Shown here in pieces: positions 26,524-36,427 of a stretch of 38,896 nt of DNA. The first letter of the stretch is position 1. Each line of letters begins with the position of its first letter. The notes beneath the pieces are model-generated. The model had not been told where the DNA came from, made no database searches, and was given only the letters and a program-made list of their open reading frames with translations. The stretch is from a virus (Duplodnaviria; Caudoviricetes). The translations under genes were made by a program, and so were the position numbers. The stretch lies in IMG/VR virus record IMGVR_UViG_3300020045_014315, positions 1-38,896 of that record. The stretch is one strand, 5' to 3'.

Positions 26524-27225
26524 CTAAAAATTTATAAGTTTTTTGAATTGCGTAAACCCGTAAGCATTTGTTCTTTCCAGAATTGGAAGTAGTTCTTTGG
26601 CGGTGATTTTTTCCTGAGTAATTCCGTTTTGTTGCCTCCATTGCTTTACGCCAAATTCACAGGCTCCAGTAACTATTCTATAATATTGATCCGTGATAAT
26701 GGTCTCTGCATTAATCGGCTCTTTTTTCAGTTTTTCAGAGACTACTTTAAATTGAAGGTCTGAAATAGCTTTTTTAAGATTTTCGCCATGAGCTGAGAAA
26801 CCGTCTTTTTCAACAACAAAACTAGAGTCCGTTTGAACTAAAGAATCAAAGATTGTAACATTATGGTAACCGGAATAGATTTTAATTCCTTTGGAGGTTC
26901 TTTCATTGGTAACATAAAAACAAAGACCGTCATTGTTAATTACCTTATGTTCTTTTTTGTCAAAAAAAGCTGTATTGTTTTTTCCAGCCAACGCTGGAGC
27001 GGTAAAGGTTGCGCCCTCTTGAACGTAAACGGAGCCTGATTCAGCCAACGCTGTAGCGGTAAAGGTTGCGCCCTCTTGAACGTAAACGGAGCCTGATACT
27101 TTCACCAACGCTGGAGCGGTAAAGGTTGCGCCCTCTTGAACGTCAACGGAGCCTGATACTTCGGTTAATTCCTTGAAGGTTTTTTGATTCTCTTTAGTTA
27201 CAATTAAATTGCCATTGATTTTCAT
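26524..27225 (-). CDS. Hypothetical protein with three near-identical 19-20-aa repeats
   Basis: SGSV(Y/D)VQEGATFTA(P/T)AL x3; C-terminal SAHGENLKKAISDL..YRIVTGACEFG. Confidence 0.75.
   Translation of the reverse strand: MKINGNLIVTKENQKTFKELTEVSGSVDVQEGATFTAPALVKVSGSVYVQEGATFTATALAESGSVYVQEGATFTAPALAGKNNTAFFDKKEHKVINNDGLCFYVTNERTSKGIKIYSGYHNVTIFDSLVQTDSSFVVEKDGFSAHGENLKKAISDLQFKVVSEKLKKEPINAETIITDQYYRIVTGACEFGVKQWRQQNGITQEKITAKELLPILERTNAYGFTQFKKLINF
26988..27157. repeat. Three 53-bp near-identical tandem units (period 57 and 60 bp)
   Basis: Units at 26988-27040, 27045-27097 and 27105-27157; units 2 and 3 each differ from unit 1 by a single substitution. Confidence 0.92.
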
Positions 27226-27272
27226 AATAGGGTGTTTTAAATTTTAATAATCGTTTTGGTCTTATAACGGAG

Positions 27273-27335
27273 CAAACCTACGAAGAACTTTTTTATAAAA
27301 AAAGCTTTTTTATTAAAATTAATATATTATTTTTG
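27273..27335. promoter_or_regulatory. Divergent promoter region with A/T palindromes
   Basis: Minus-strand TAGGTTTG (27280-27273), plus-strand TATTTTTG (27328-27335), and overlapping imperfect palindromes in CTTTTTTATAAAAAAAGCTTTTTTAT between them. Confidence 0.55.
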
Positions 27336-27361
27336 TGAAGTAATAAAAACATAAAAACATA

Positions 27362-27571
27362 ATGGATCCACAAAAAAAACAAATTGATATTATCAGAGAC
27401 AAATGCAAAGATGCTGGATTAAGTATCTATAAAGTATTTATGAAGGCTCAGGTTCCTATTCCTACTATTCAAAATTGGGACAGAAAAGAACCTAGTGCTT
27501 TTGATGTAGTTTATAAAATCGATAAAGCCATAAAGGAGTTAATTGAAGAAACTGAGAAAACTGAAATCTAA
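27362..27571 (+). CDS. Small Cro-like HTH regulator (putative)
   Basis: 69 aa, GLSIYKVFMKAQVPIPTIQNWDRKEP helix-turn-helix pattern; first gene of rightward operon. Confidence 0.6.
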   Translation: MDPQKKQIDIIRDKCKDAGLSIYKVFMKAQVPIPTIQNWDRKEPSAFDVVYKIDKAIKELIEETEKTEI

Positions 27572-27588
27572 AACTTAAGTACCACCAA

Positions 27589-29202
27589 ATGATAAGTTTA
27601 AGAAACTACCAAAACAACGGTGTGGAAGGTATCAGGGAATGCTTCCGCAGATTAATAAAATTCGTTTTGTTTGTACTTCCAACCGGAGGAGGGAAAACTG
27701 TAGTTTTTACATATCTGGCCCAGAGAATGAGCTTGAAGGAAAAGAAAGTTATAATTCTGGTCCACAGGGTTGAACTACTCCGTCAAACATCTGCTGCTTT
27801 ATCGAAATTCGATGTAGAGCATGGAATGATTAATCCTCAATATACGCCAAATTTTTTACACAAGGTGCAAGTAGCCAGTGTTCAGACTATAATAAGAAGG
27901 CTTAATTATTTTGCCGCTTCGAACTGGATTCCTGATGTAATAATCATAGATGAGGCGCACCATGCTAATTCTAAATCATGGAAAACAATCGTTGATACAT
28001 TTATAACACTTAATCCTGATTTAAAAGTAATCGGAGTAACGGCTACTCCGATAAGGGGAGACGGTCAAGGACTTGGAATTGAAGCAGGAGGAATGTTTCA
28101 GGAAATGGTTTTAGGACCACAATTGTCTTATTTAATTGAAGAGGGTTTTTTGGTACGTCCTAAAATATTTGGGCCTCCTGAAAAACTAGACTTAAGCGGA
28201 GTGCATTCTGCAAAAGGAGACTATAATAAAGATGACCTTATAAATTTGGTGGATAAACCAAGGATAATAGGAGATGCAGTTTCTCATTATGCGCAATTAT
28301 GTCCAGGAGTGCCTACTATTGTTTTTTGCGTATCTGTGGCTCATGCTGAACATGTGGCTAAGCAGTTTCAAGACGGAGGATATAGATTTTATTCTATTGA
28401 TGGATCCATGGATGATGATACTCGGAAAAACCTAATCGATGGATTAACAAGCGGAACAGTTCAGGGATTAACTACTTGTGATTTGATTTCAGAGGGAACA
28501 GATATTCCTAGAGCCACGTGCGCCATAGAACTCAGGCCTACAAAAAGTAAGGGGCTGAATTTTCAACAAAAGGGCCGTGTATTGCGCCCTGTTTATGAGC
28601 CTGGTTATGATTTGAATACCAAAGAGGGCCGATTATTAGCTATAGCCAATTCTGAGAAACCGTTTGCGTGGATATTGGACCATGTAGGTAATACAGATGA
28701 GCATGGATTACCTTATGAGGACCAAGATTGGAATCTCGACGGTGAAACTAAAAAATCACGTGGTAAAAAACAGGAGGCTACTATAAGAGTTCAGACTTGC
28801 CTCAGTTGTTTTGCCTGTCATGAACCCGCTCCTGTTTGTCCTGAATGCGGTCATATTTATGAAACTAGGGATAATACTCCAAAACAAATAGATGGACAGC
28901 TAAGAGAGATAACAGAGGAAACTATCCGTAAAAAAAACGCCCGGAAAGAAGTTGGTAAATCCAGTTCCCTAGAAGAATTATTAAGAATTGGAGCAGAGAG
29001 AGGTTATAAAGAAAATTGGGCGCATATTCAATTTTCGCTTAAAGAGCAAAAACGCCAGGCGCAATTGGAAAGAATGCAGGCCAAAATAGATTTGCATAAA
29101 TCCACTGAAATAGAATTTGCAGAATTCGAAGAAATAACAGTTTCTGAGGAAGAATTTGAGAGTTGGACCAAAAAGGAATTTGAAGGAGACTTTAATTTTT
29201 AA
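27589..29202 (+). CDS. SF2 DEAD/DEAH-box helicase with C-terminal zinc finger
   Basis: LPTGGGKT, DEAHH, TATP, QQKGRVLR, LDHVGN, CxxC...CPECG. Confidence 0.92.
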   Translation: MISLRNYQNNGVEGIRECFRRLIKFVLFVLPTGGGKTVVFTYLAQRMSLKEKKVIILVHRVELLRQTSAALSKFDVEHGMINPQYTPNFLHKVQVASVQTIIRRLNYFAASNWIPDVIIIDEAHHANSKSWKTIVDTFITLNPDLKVIGVTATPIRGDGQGLGIEAGGMFQEMVLGPQLSYLIEEGFLVRPKIFGPPEKLDLSGVHSAKGDYNKDDLINLVDKPRIIGDAVSHYAQLCPGVPTIVFCVSVAHAEHVAKQFQDGGYRFYSIDGSMDDDTRKNLIDGLTSGTVQGLTTCDLISEGTDIPRATCAIELRPTKSKGLNFQQKGRVLRPVYEPGYDLNTKEGRLLAIANSEKPFAWILDHVGNTDEHGLPYEDQDWNLDGETKKSRGKKQEATIRVQTCLSCFACHEPAPVCPECGHIYETRDNTPKQIDGQLREITEETIRKKNARKEVGKSSSLEELLRIGAERGYKENWAHIQFSLKEQKRQAQLERMQAKIDLHKSTEIEFAEFEEITVSEEEFESWTKKEFEGDFNF

Positions 29203-29206
29203 AAAT

Positions 29207-29647
29207 ATGTTTGTCCCTAAAAAATTAGAGTTCAAAATCTCAGAGGCAAAAAAAAAGGAAGGTGTATTTTGTTGCGCGTATGCTTGTAAAAACAAACCTC
29301 ATCCAAAGAAAAGCGGATTTTGTCACAAGCATTACGGAATACACCGCAGGATTATAGATCCAGTTTACGACAGGTATGTAAATTTTAAAGGAAACGCACT
29401 CCGTCGCGGGAAAGATTTTTGCATTTCGTTAATTGAATTCAGAGGTTTTTGTCAGGATACAGGTTACATCGTAACTAAAGGAATGAGAGGTAGAAAATGT
29501 TCTGTAGATAGGAAAGACAATCGTTTTGGTTATTATATTTGGAACATTCAATTGCTGACTATGAAACAGAATGTAGCAAAATACCACAACGAAGACAGGC
29601 ATGTGACTGAATTACCACAAGACCACGAAGATTATTCACCATTTTAA
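29207..29647 (+). CDS. Putative HNH-like endonuclease with N-terminal Cys/His cluster
   Basis: CCAYAC...FCHKH; SVDRKDNRFGYYIWNI...N..K. ATG at 29207. Confidence 0.6.
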   Translation: MFVPKKLEFKISEAKKKEGVFCCAYACKNKPHPKKSGFCHKHYGIHRRIIDPVYDRYVNFKGNALRRGKDFCISLIEFRGFCQDTGYIVTKGMRGRKCSVDRKDNRFGYYIWNIQLLTMKQNVAKYHNEDRHVTELPQDHEDYSPF

Positions 29648-29658
29648 AACAAATAGAT

Positions 29659-29877
29659 ATGAAATTATATGCAATTTTTTCAGCCATAAGCCTGATAATA
29701 GTTTTGTCGGTAATGGGGTTACAAGAGGAATCTATAATTAATCTTAATTATGAATTATATTTTAAAATAAAACTCGGGCTGACTCTTAATTATGCGTTTT
29801 GGTCCATATTATTCATAGCATCTATTATCTTGGATATTTTAAAAATTATTATTGATATTAAAAATTTAACAAAATGA
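29659..29877 (+). CDS. Small membrane protein
   Basis: Two hydrophobic segments; ATGA coupling to next gene. Confidence 0.6.
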   Translation: MKLYAIFSAISLIIVLSVMGLQEESIINLNYELYFKIKLGLTLNYAFWSILFIASIILDILKIIIDIKNLTK

Positions 29878-30278
29878 ATGAAACTAACATAGTCAGGACT
29901 ATAATGATAGCCATTGGAAAAATAAAAGGAGTCCGAATTTTTAGGAATAATGTAGGCGTATCATGGACTGGAAAATCAGTTCAATTTAGCACTTCCAGAA
30001 CTGTAAACGTAGAAAAAGGCGACGTACTCATAAAAAACGGCCGTGTATTCCATGCAGGGCTATGTACAGGAAGCTCCGATTTAATTGGGTTAAAATCTGA
30101 AATTGTCACTCAGGAAATGGTAGGTAAAAAAGTAGCTATATTTGTCGCTACCGAAGTCAAGACAAAAACAGGAAAAGCCTCCAAAGAACAAATCGCATTT
30201 ATAGAAATGGTAAACAATTTAGGAGGAAGAGGATTTATTGTTACTGATGAAACGCAAGCCACTGAATATCTAAAATAA
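29874..30278 (+). CDS. VRR-NUC domain nuclease
   Basis: FRNNVG, GSSDLIG, EVKTKTGKASKEQIAF, GGRGFI. Confidence 0.88.
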   Translation: MNETNIVRTIMIAIGKIKGVRIFRNNVGVSWTGKSVQFSTSRTVNVEKGDVLIKNGRVFHAGLCTGSSDLIGLKSEIVTQEMVGKKVAIFVATEVKTKTGKASKEQIAFIEMVNNLGGRGFIVTDETQATEYLK

Positions 30279-30301
30279 CCACCATAATAACCTACGCCAC
30301 C

Positions 30302-33019
30302 GTGAACATCCAAGAAATAAAACAAACATACCGTATTGAAGAAGTTATAGGCAGATCCGTTACGTTAAAACGTCAAGGTACTGAACTTGTAGGCAACTGT
30401 CCATTTCACGATGACCACCACGCCTCGATGAAGGTAAATCCGGTTAAACAACAATTCAAATGCTTTGTATGTGGAGCGAGTAAAGACATGTTTGACTTTT
30501 TCACACTACAAGGCTATTCGTTGCCAGAAGCAGGAAAATTAATCACCTCTGGAACGATTATCGAATCAGTAACTCCATCTGAAAAAATAGCTGAGGTTAT
30601 CTGGTCGGATGATGTTCCGAATCAGGAAAATTTACCTAATCCATTAAACGTAATGTTTCCGAAATACGGCAAGCCTGATGCATTTTGGCCATACACTACT
30701 GCTGACAATAAAATAAACGGATATGTGTGCAGATTCAACTTGCCAGAAGGCAAAAAAGACGTTATTCCGTACACTTATAAAAAACGAACAGAAAACGGAA
30801 CATCTAAATCAGGCTGGTATTGGAAAGGATTTGAGGTAAAACGACCTCTGTATAATCTAGGCGAACTTACTGAACGAAAAACAGCCATTGTTTTGATGGT
30901 AGAAGGCGAAAAGACTGCAGATGCAGCAAAACGCCTGTTTCCTCAATATGTAGTTACAACTTGGATAGGCGGAGGCGAGAATGTTAAAAACGCAGATTTA
31001 ACTCCGCTAATTGGCAGAAATATATTCCTATGGCCAGACAATGACATCCCAGGAATACACTGCATGTTTGGAGGCTGGAGCAAGAATGATAAAACAGGCG
31101 TTTACCGTCGTGTTATAGGAATTACTGAACTTATAGAAGCCAATTTCAAATGGATAAAAAACAGCCAAGAGTTCCCCAAAAAATGGGATGTAGCAGACGC
31201 AGATTGGACTCCTGAACAAGCTATCGAATATTTAAAATCCAATAAAACAGAAATTCCTAAAATATCTGAACACGCGCCAAATGATGTTCCTGAACCTGTA
31301 GCTCCTGCGATATTACCAAAACATACGCCTGCTCCAACACCAACTGTAAAACAACCTGAGACCCAACCCAAAAACCCATATTTCAAATGTTTAGGTATAG
31401 AAAACAATGACCAAAATTTATATATTTTTTTCGTGTTTAGAGCTAATGTGATTGTAAAATTATCTGCCAGCGGAATATCAACTTCAAATTTATTGCAATT
31501 AGCACCACTCAATTATTGGGAAGGCAATTACCCTAAACAATCCAGATCCGCTTCTGGAGTAAAATACGATATAAACGTAATCGCAGATAATCTAATATCT
31601 ATATGTCTTCGATTAGGTATTTTTAACACCGGAAAAATTAGAGGCCGTGGCGCATGGATAGACAACGGAGTTCCGGTTATTCATTGTGGAGATAGTTTGA
31701 TAGTTGATGGAAAATATAAAAAATTCAGCGAGCATAAATCTAAATTCACTTATGAAGCTGGTCAGGAACTTGGATTTAAATTAACGAATCCATTGCCAAA
31801 AAAAGAAGCCTACAAATTAATTACATTAATGGAACGCCTAAACTGGTCCAGAGAAGTTAACGCTAGATTAATAGCCGGATGGATTGTTATCGCTCCATTA
31901 TGCGGGGCGTTGAAGTGGAGGCCTCATGTATGGCTTACTGGCCCATCTGGATCTGGAAAATCCGAAATAATGAAATTCATTAAATCATTCATGGGGGAAT
32001 TTTTTGTGGATGCTCAATCTGAAACTACAGAGGCAGGAATCAGGCAATTTTTAAGAGCAGATGCATTATCAGTAATTTTTGATGAAGCAGAATCAGAAGA
32101 TCGAAAAGCAGAGGAAAGGATGCAATCAATATTGAATATCGTAAGAGCCAGCTCCACCTCTGATTCAGGAAAAATAATCAAAGGATCCTCCAGTGGTAAT
32201 GCAGCACAATTTGATCTTAGAAGTTGTTTTGCGTTTGCCTCAATTGGAGCCAATTTAACTCAGAGATCCGATATCTCCAGAATTACAGTTTTGGAGGTAA
32301 AAACAGATATTTCTACTGATAAAAAAACCAAATGGCAGAAAACACTTGAAATGTTTAACGAAATGTTTACTCCAGAATATGTGCAAGGATTACAATCCAG
32401 ATCACTGATGATGTTACCCACTATTTTAGCCAATGCAAAAACATTTGCAAACGCTGCCGCTTCGGAATTAGATAACCAACGTGCAGGGGATCAATTGGGG
32501 GCATTATTGGCCGGTGCATATAGTTTGACCTCAGATAGTATAATTTCATTCGAGGATGCCACGAAATGGATAAAACAAAGAGATTGGTCAGAGGAACGTT
32601 TAGCCGATAGTACTAGAGACGAAACCAAAGTGATTAATAAAATAATGAATTCAGAGACTCAGGTAGAAACATCAGGAGGCGAGAGACTTACTAGAACTAT
32701 TGGAGAGATTGTCATGGCAAGTTGGAAAAATACAACTTCTGAATATATTTCCCGAGAAACATGTTCCACATGGCTAGGTCGTTTAGGCATGAAAATAGAT
32801 GGAAACTCATTGGTAATATCTGATAATTCTGAATTTATTAAAAAGGCATTGTCTAGCACGGCATATTCCAAAAACTACCATACTATCCTAATCCGAGTAA
32901 ACGGAGCCGAAAAAATAGAAGGGACTCCGTTTGGTTCTCATATAAAATCTAGAGCCACAAGAATAGGAATGAATGAGATTTTCGGGATAAAAACAGATAA
33001 CCTGTTCCGCCAGTCATAA
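30302..33019 (+). CDS. Primase-helicase fusion (CHC2 zinc finger, TOPRIM, P-loop NTPase)
   Basis: CPFHDD..FKCFVC; VEGEKTADAA; WPDNDIPG; KKWDVAD; GPSGSGKS; FDEAE. Confidence 0.88.
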   Translation: MNIQEIKQTYRIEEVIGRSVTLKRQGTELVGNCPFHDDHHASMKVNPVKQQFKCFVCGASKDMFDFFTLQGYSLPEAGKLITSGTIIESVTPSEKIAEVIWSDDVPNQENLPNPLNVMFPKYGKPDAFWPYTTADNKINGYVCRFNLPEGKKDVIPYTYKKRTENGTSKSGWYWKGFEVKRPLYNLGELTERKTAIVLMVEGEKTADAAKRLFPQYVVTTWIGGGENVKNADLTPLIGRNIFLWPDNDIPGIHCMFGGWSKNDKTGVYRRVIGITELIEANFKWIKNSQEFPKKWDVADADWTPEQAIEYLKSNKTEIPKISEHAPNDVPEPVAPAILPKHTPAPTPTVKQPETQPKNPYFKCLGIENNDQNLYIFFVFRANVIVKLSASGISTSNLLQLAPLNYWEGNYPKQSRSASGVKYDINVIADNLISICLRLGIFNTGKIRGRGAWIDNGVPVIHCGDSLIVDGKYKKFSEHKSKFTYEAGQELGFKLTNPLPKKEAYKLITLMERLNWSREVNARLIAGWIVIAPLCGALKWRPHVWLTGPSGSGKSEIMKFIKSFMGEFFVDAQSETTEAGIRQFLRADALSVIFDEAESEDRKAEERMQSILNIVRASSTSDSGKIIKGSSSGNAAQFDLRSCFAFASIGANLTQRSDISRITVLEVKTDISTDKKTKWQKTLEMFNEMFTPEYVQGLQSRSLMMLPTILANAKTFANAAASELDNQRAGDQLGALLAGAYSLTSDSIISFEDATKWIKQRDWSEERLADSTRDETKVINKIMNSETQVETSGGERLTRTIGEIVMASWKNTTSEYISRETCSTWLGRLGMKIDGNSLVISDNSEFIKKALSSTAYSKNYHTILIRVNGAEKIEGTPFGSHIKSRATRIGMNEIFGIKTDNLFRQS

Positions 33020-33117
33020 AACTCCATCCTGAAAAACAGGCTGAAATAAAATTTTCTAATTAAATTTGATATATTAAATTTAATGTGTATATTTACACAA
33101 AATTAAAAACACGTATC

Positions 33118-33255
33118 ATGAAAAACTACACAGAAGAAGAAAAACAATATATCCTGTCAAAAATAACGGATATGCAATGGTATTTAATATCTGATAGAAT
33201 CAAGTTATTTTGGATCGATTGGAGAAACAGAAACGAACTAAAATCAGTATCATGA
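33118..33255 (+). CDS. Small 45-aa ORF (MKNYTEEEKQYILSK...), not in ORF track
   Basis: A-rich start region; ATGA coupling to next ORF. Confidence 0.5.
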   Translation: MKNYTEEEKQYILSKITDMQWYLISDRIKLFWIDWRNRNELKSVS

Positions 33256-33377
33256 AAAAACTATTCAAACTTACACCGCCAAAAACCAAGGAAGATATTA
33301 GGGTAATTAGACTGCTTTGGTTTTCACTCGGATTTATATCCGCATTAATATTAATTTTTATCGCTTTTCACGAATGA
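33252..33377 (+). CDS. Small 41-aa membrane ORF (MKKLFKLTPPKTKEDIRVIRLLWFSLGF...), not in ORF track
   Basis: ATGA coupling at both ends; one hydrophobic helix. Confidence 0.55.
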   Translation: MKKLFKLTPPKTKEDIRVIRLLWFSLGFISALILIFIAFHE

Positions 33378-33607
33378 AACCACTACTGGAACAACTCGAA
33401 AATATTGTAAAAGAAACATATAATTGTGAATTCCGAATAGCAATAATCAGAGGCGAATGGAATATTTACATCGTAAAAACAAAAACAATATTCGTAGGCA
33501 GTTTTGATGAGGTTATAAAATTAGCTATTGAAGAATTTACCAGTTACCGAGTTTTAGCTGAAAATAATAAACATGTGAAAAATTTTAAAACACACACTTA
33601 TAAATGA
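33374..33607 (+). CDS. Hypothetical protein (start MKPLLEQ)
   Basis: ATG at 33374 overlaps upstream stop; in frame with track ORF 33317. Confidence 0.6.
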   Translation: MKPLLEQLENIVKETYNCEFRIAIIRGEWNIYIVKTKTIFVGSFDEVIKLAIEEFTSYRVLAENNKHVKNFKTHTYK

Positions 33608-35394
33608 AACCACTAAAAAAACCTTTTGAAGCTTCTGAGAATAACGTGCATATCTTTATTGAAGGAAAAACGTATAGATGTGCCAATTTGCTGAAATCAG
33701 GCATCACGAATCAATCTAAAATACTTATAGGGGTCGATGATGTTTGGCATGAGATAAACGTCCTGAACCTTGGAGCAGACAATAGTAATCTGAATGATTT
33801 TAAAAATCATGTCTCACTACACAATTATACTTTGGCTGATTTCGGGATATTTACAACCGATAAAAAACAGATTGATTACACGTTGAAACATGATGATTTC
33901 ATAGCCTTACAAAACGAGTTTCCTCCTTACGATTACATTCAAATATCTCACCTGAATGACTATCAGGTAAAATTAGGATTAAAAGCTAGTAGGCACGCCA
34001 TAGTACAAACTCTGAAACATATTTCAAAAAAACAAATGTCCATAAAGGATTATATATCTGAATGTGAATCAATAAAGAACGAAATAATTAACTCAAATAC
34101 AAATAAAATGGAAAACACCCAAAATGAGAGAGAATCTCAATTATTAGAATTAGGATTTGTTTACAATGAATCAACTACAGACTTTGATATTTCATGGGAA
34201 GCGAACGGAACTCCGCATAGTTTCTCAATATCATTGAAAGCCATAGATGAGGATTCAGATCAAGACTGGCAAATGACAATTGATAACATCAGAACCAATT
34301 TGCCTGTGGATCCAGAACCGGAAACAAACGAAACCCATGAAGCGGTTCCGGTTACCGAGGAGCCAAAACCAGATAAAAAACCAGTGTCAGTTGCGACTAT
34401 TGGAAACCTTTCTCCTGCTAGAATTCTGGAGTTTCAAAAAATAAAAGAGAACCAGGAGAAAATCGTAAAAGACAATCCTGTTGTTACTGTTACAGATGAG
34501 GCTACCCTTAAAAAAGCAGAAGCTACGGCCAAAATCCTTTTGAAGGCATCAACGAATATAGATGCTCCAAAAACAGGAATTTTATCCACTTTTGTAACTC
34601 ACGCAAACCAATTCATTAAAATGGGTAAGGATTATTTGGAGCCTATTGCAAAAATGACTAGAGATCCGTATTCCAAGCAAAAAACGCTTATTGATGCTTA
34701 TAAATCAGCAGAGGAATTGCGCAAGCAAAAAGAGCAAAAAGAAAAGCTAGAAAAGATGCAAAAACGTACTGCTGAATTATTCGCGATTCCAATGGTTTTT
34801 AATGGATCTCAGTACACAATTGGAACATTATATATTTTACCATCACAAATAGAAAGCAGTACGGATGAGCAATTTTTGGCTTTGGTTAATCAGGCCAATG
34901 AAATAAAAAAGGCTCAGGATGCAGAAATAAGTGCCAATGCCGAAAAAGACAAATTAATTAAAGAATTGCAGGAAAAACTTGCTGCGCTTACCACTCCTCC
35001 AGTAACGACTGCTGTAGATAATCAGCCTACAAAACAATCGGCTCCTGTTTCAGCTCCTGTTAATAATACAGCCCCTAATCCGCAGCACAAAACGTTTTCA
35101 GCAGCTACTACTACAGCGACAAAAACTACAGCACCTGCACCGGCCCAAAATAATGCAAAATACCAATACGCAACTGAGTATGTAGAACCTACTTCTGATA
35201 ACGCTATTTTACTTAAATTAGACTTGGAAAACGTTGCACACATCCAAAATCCAAATTTTATAAAATGCAGGTCATTTTATGTTAGAGGAGTTTTGGATAC
35301 TGCTGCAGAGATCAGAAAAATATTCGCGTCTGACAGCACAACTAAGGCGGTAGATATCAGAGCATTTTTGGATATAATCGAAAAATCTAAATAA
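33604..35394 (+). CDS. Hypothetical protein with coiled-coil and Pro/Thr/Ala linker; likely internal start at 34108
   Basis: 596-aa open frame; A-rich start context before MENTQNER. Confidence 0.7.
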   Translation: MKPLKKPFEASENNVHIFIEGKTYRCANLLKSGITNQSKILIGVDDVWHEINVLNLGADNSNLNDFKNHVSLHNYTLADFGIFTTDKKQIDYTLKHDDFIALQNEFPPYDYIQISHLNDYQVKLGLKASRHAIVQTLKHISKKQMSIKDYISECESIKNEIINSNTNKMENTQNERESQLLELGFVYNESTTDFDISWEANGTPHSFSISLKAIDEDSDQDWQMTIDNIRTNLPVDPEPETNETHEAVPVTEEPKPDKKPVSVATIGNLSPARILEFQKIKENQEKIVKDNPVVTVTDEATLKKAEATAKILLKASTNIDAPKTGILSTFVTHANQFIKMGKDYLEPIAKMTRDPYSKQKTLIDAYKSAEELRKQKEQKEKLEKMQKRTAELFAIPMVFNGSQYTIGTLYILPSQIESSTDEQFLALVNQANEIKKAQDAEISANAEKDKLIKELQEKLAALTTPPVTTAVDNQPTKQSAPVSAPVNNTAPNPQHKTFSAATTTATKTTAPAPAQNNAKYQYATEYVEPTSDNAILLKLDLENVAHIQNPNFIKCRSFYVRGVLDTAAEIRKIFASDSTTKAVDIRAFLDIIEKSK

Positions 35395-35395
35395 T

Positions 35396-35716
35396 ATGGA
35401 TTCAAACACCAAATTTAAAATAATCCTGTTCATGCTTTGGACAGGATTAACAATCGGAATTACTTGGTATATTCTGGACATCAGAAACGAGCGAAATAAC
35501 CGAGAAAAAACCAAACAGATACAAATTGGAGTAAAAAAAATAGACTCCATTAAAACTATTCGAAATGATAAATTAGACTCCATTAAATCTGAGTCTGATT
35601 CTTCTGTAAAAAAATCAAGTGAATTATTAAAAAAAATCAACCATGAAAAAATTATTATTCCAGATGCTGATTATGACGTTATGTGTCAATACATCGAAAA
35701 TTATCGCCCAAAATAA
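35396..35716 (+). CDS. Membrane-anchored coiled-coil protein (i-spanin-like, tentative)
   Basis: N-terminal TM helix then Lys-rich coiled coil. Confidence 0.5.
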   Translation: MDSNTKFKIILFMLWTGLTIGITWYILDIRNERNNREKTKQIQIGVKKIDSIKTIRNDKLDSIKSESDSSVKKSSELLKKINHEKIIIPDADYDVMCQYIENYRPK

Positions 35717-36029
35717 ACCTTTGACCATTGCGCCAGAGCAGGTAAAAAATGTATATACTGGATTAGTCCAGAATGACAGTCTAAGAAATCGGTTATCTAT
35801 TTGTGAATACACTTCGGTAAAATTTGACAGCTTAATCAGGTCTGAGAACAAAAAAACCGTAAATTTAATGATTCAAGTAAATGATTTGAATTCAGAAATG
35901 GACAGGAATCAAATTGTAGTCAATAAAAATATGGCAGAATTGACTAAATACGAAAAGATTTCTTCAGTATGGTATATTACTGGATTTTTACTAGGGATAG
36001 CAGGAGGCATATATCTAGGCAATTTATAA
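35643..36029 (+). CDS. Secreted/membrane coiled-coil protein (spanin-like, tentative)
   Basis: Signal-peptide-like N-terminus with Cys14, coiled coil, C-terminal TM; overlaps previous gene by 74 nt. Confidence 0.5.
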   Translation: MKKLLFQMLIMTLCVNTSKIIAQNKPLTIAPEQVKNVYTGLVQNDSLRNRLSICEYTSVKFDSLIRSENKKTVNLMIQVNDLNSEMDRNQIVVNKNMAELTKYEKISSVWYITGFLLGIAGGIYLGNL

Positions 36030-36041
36030 AAAATATTTATC

Positions 36042-36164
36042 ATGGAAATAACATTAGCAATTACATTTATTATTCTGTCCATTTCTATTATATTTTACGA
36101 TACTATCCAGATTTATTTAAATAACGGAAAATCAGTATCAACACCAGAAATGAAATCATTTTAA
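36042..36164 (+). CDS. Small 40-aa membrane ORF (MEITLAITFIILSISIIFY...), not in ORF track
   Basis: Fills the intergenic gap; one hydrophobic helix. Confidence 0.45.
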   Translation: MEITLAITFIILSISIIFYDTIQIYLNNGKSVSTPEMKSF

Positions 36165-36185
36165 CCACTAAAATAAAAAAAAAAC

Positions 36186-36425
36186 ATGTTCGAAAATATC
36201 ACTAAAAAAATAAAGAAACAATTACAAGGAAAATCGAGGACTGAAATAATTGATTCCAAAATTCAGGATATATCTGCTGATTTAATAGTATCAGGATTTA
36301 CTAATGAGGAATTATCGCTTATTGTCAGTCATCTAGGCAAAGACATTAAAGAGCTTTTGCAGCACCGAAAAGAATTATTAACCAAAGAGCTAGAGCAGAC
36401 CATTCGAGCCATTAATAAATTGTAG
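36186..36425 (+). CDS. Hypothetical protein
   Basis: 79-aa helical ORF with A-rich start region. Confidence 0.65.
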   Translation: MFENITKKIKKQLQGKSRTEIIDSKIQDISADLIVSGFTNEELSLIVSHLGKDIKELLQHRKELLTKELEQTIRAINKL

Positions 36426-36427
36426 GC

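Noticed and set aside
26988-27157. CRISPR array
   Set aside because: Units are 53 bp with only 4-7 bp between them, lie in frame in a CDS, and no cas genes are present.
35541-35587. 14-bp direct repeat TAGACTCCATTAAA
   Set aside because: It matches an 11-aa coiled-coil periodicity (DSIK) in the coding sequence; there is no evidence for a DNA-level role.
841-35851. Many opposite-strand ORFs in the track (e.g. 4113-4544, 9762-10412, 21190-21603, 24576-25018, 31102-31512, 35272-35640)
   Set aside because: They are antisense shadows of well-supported genes and show no recognisable motifs.
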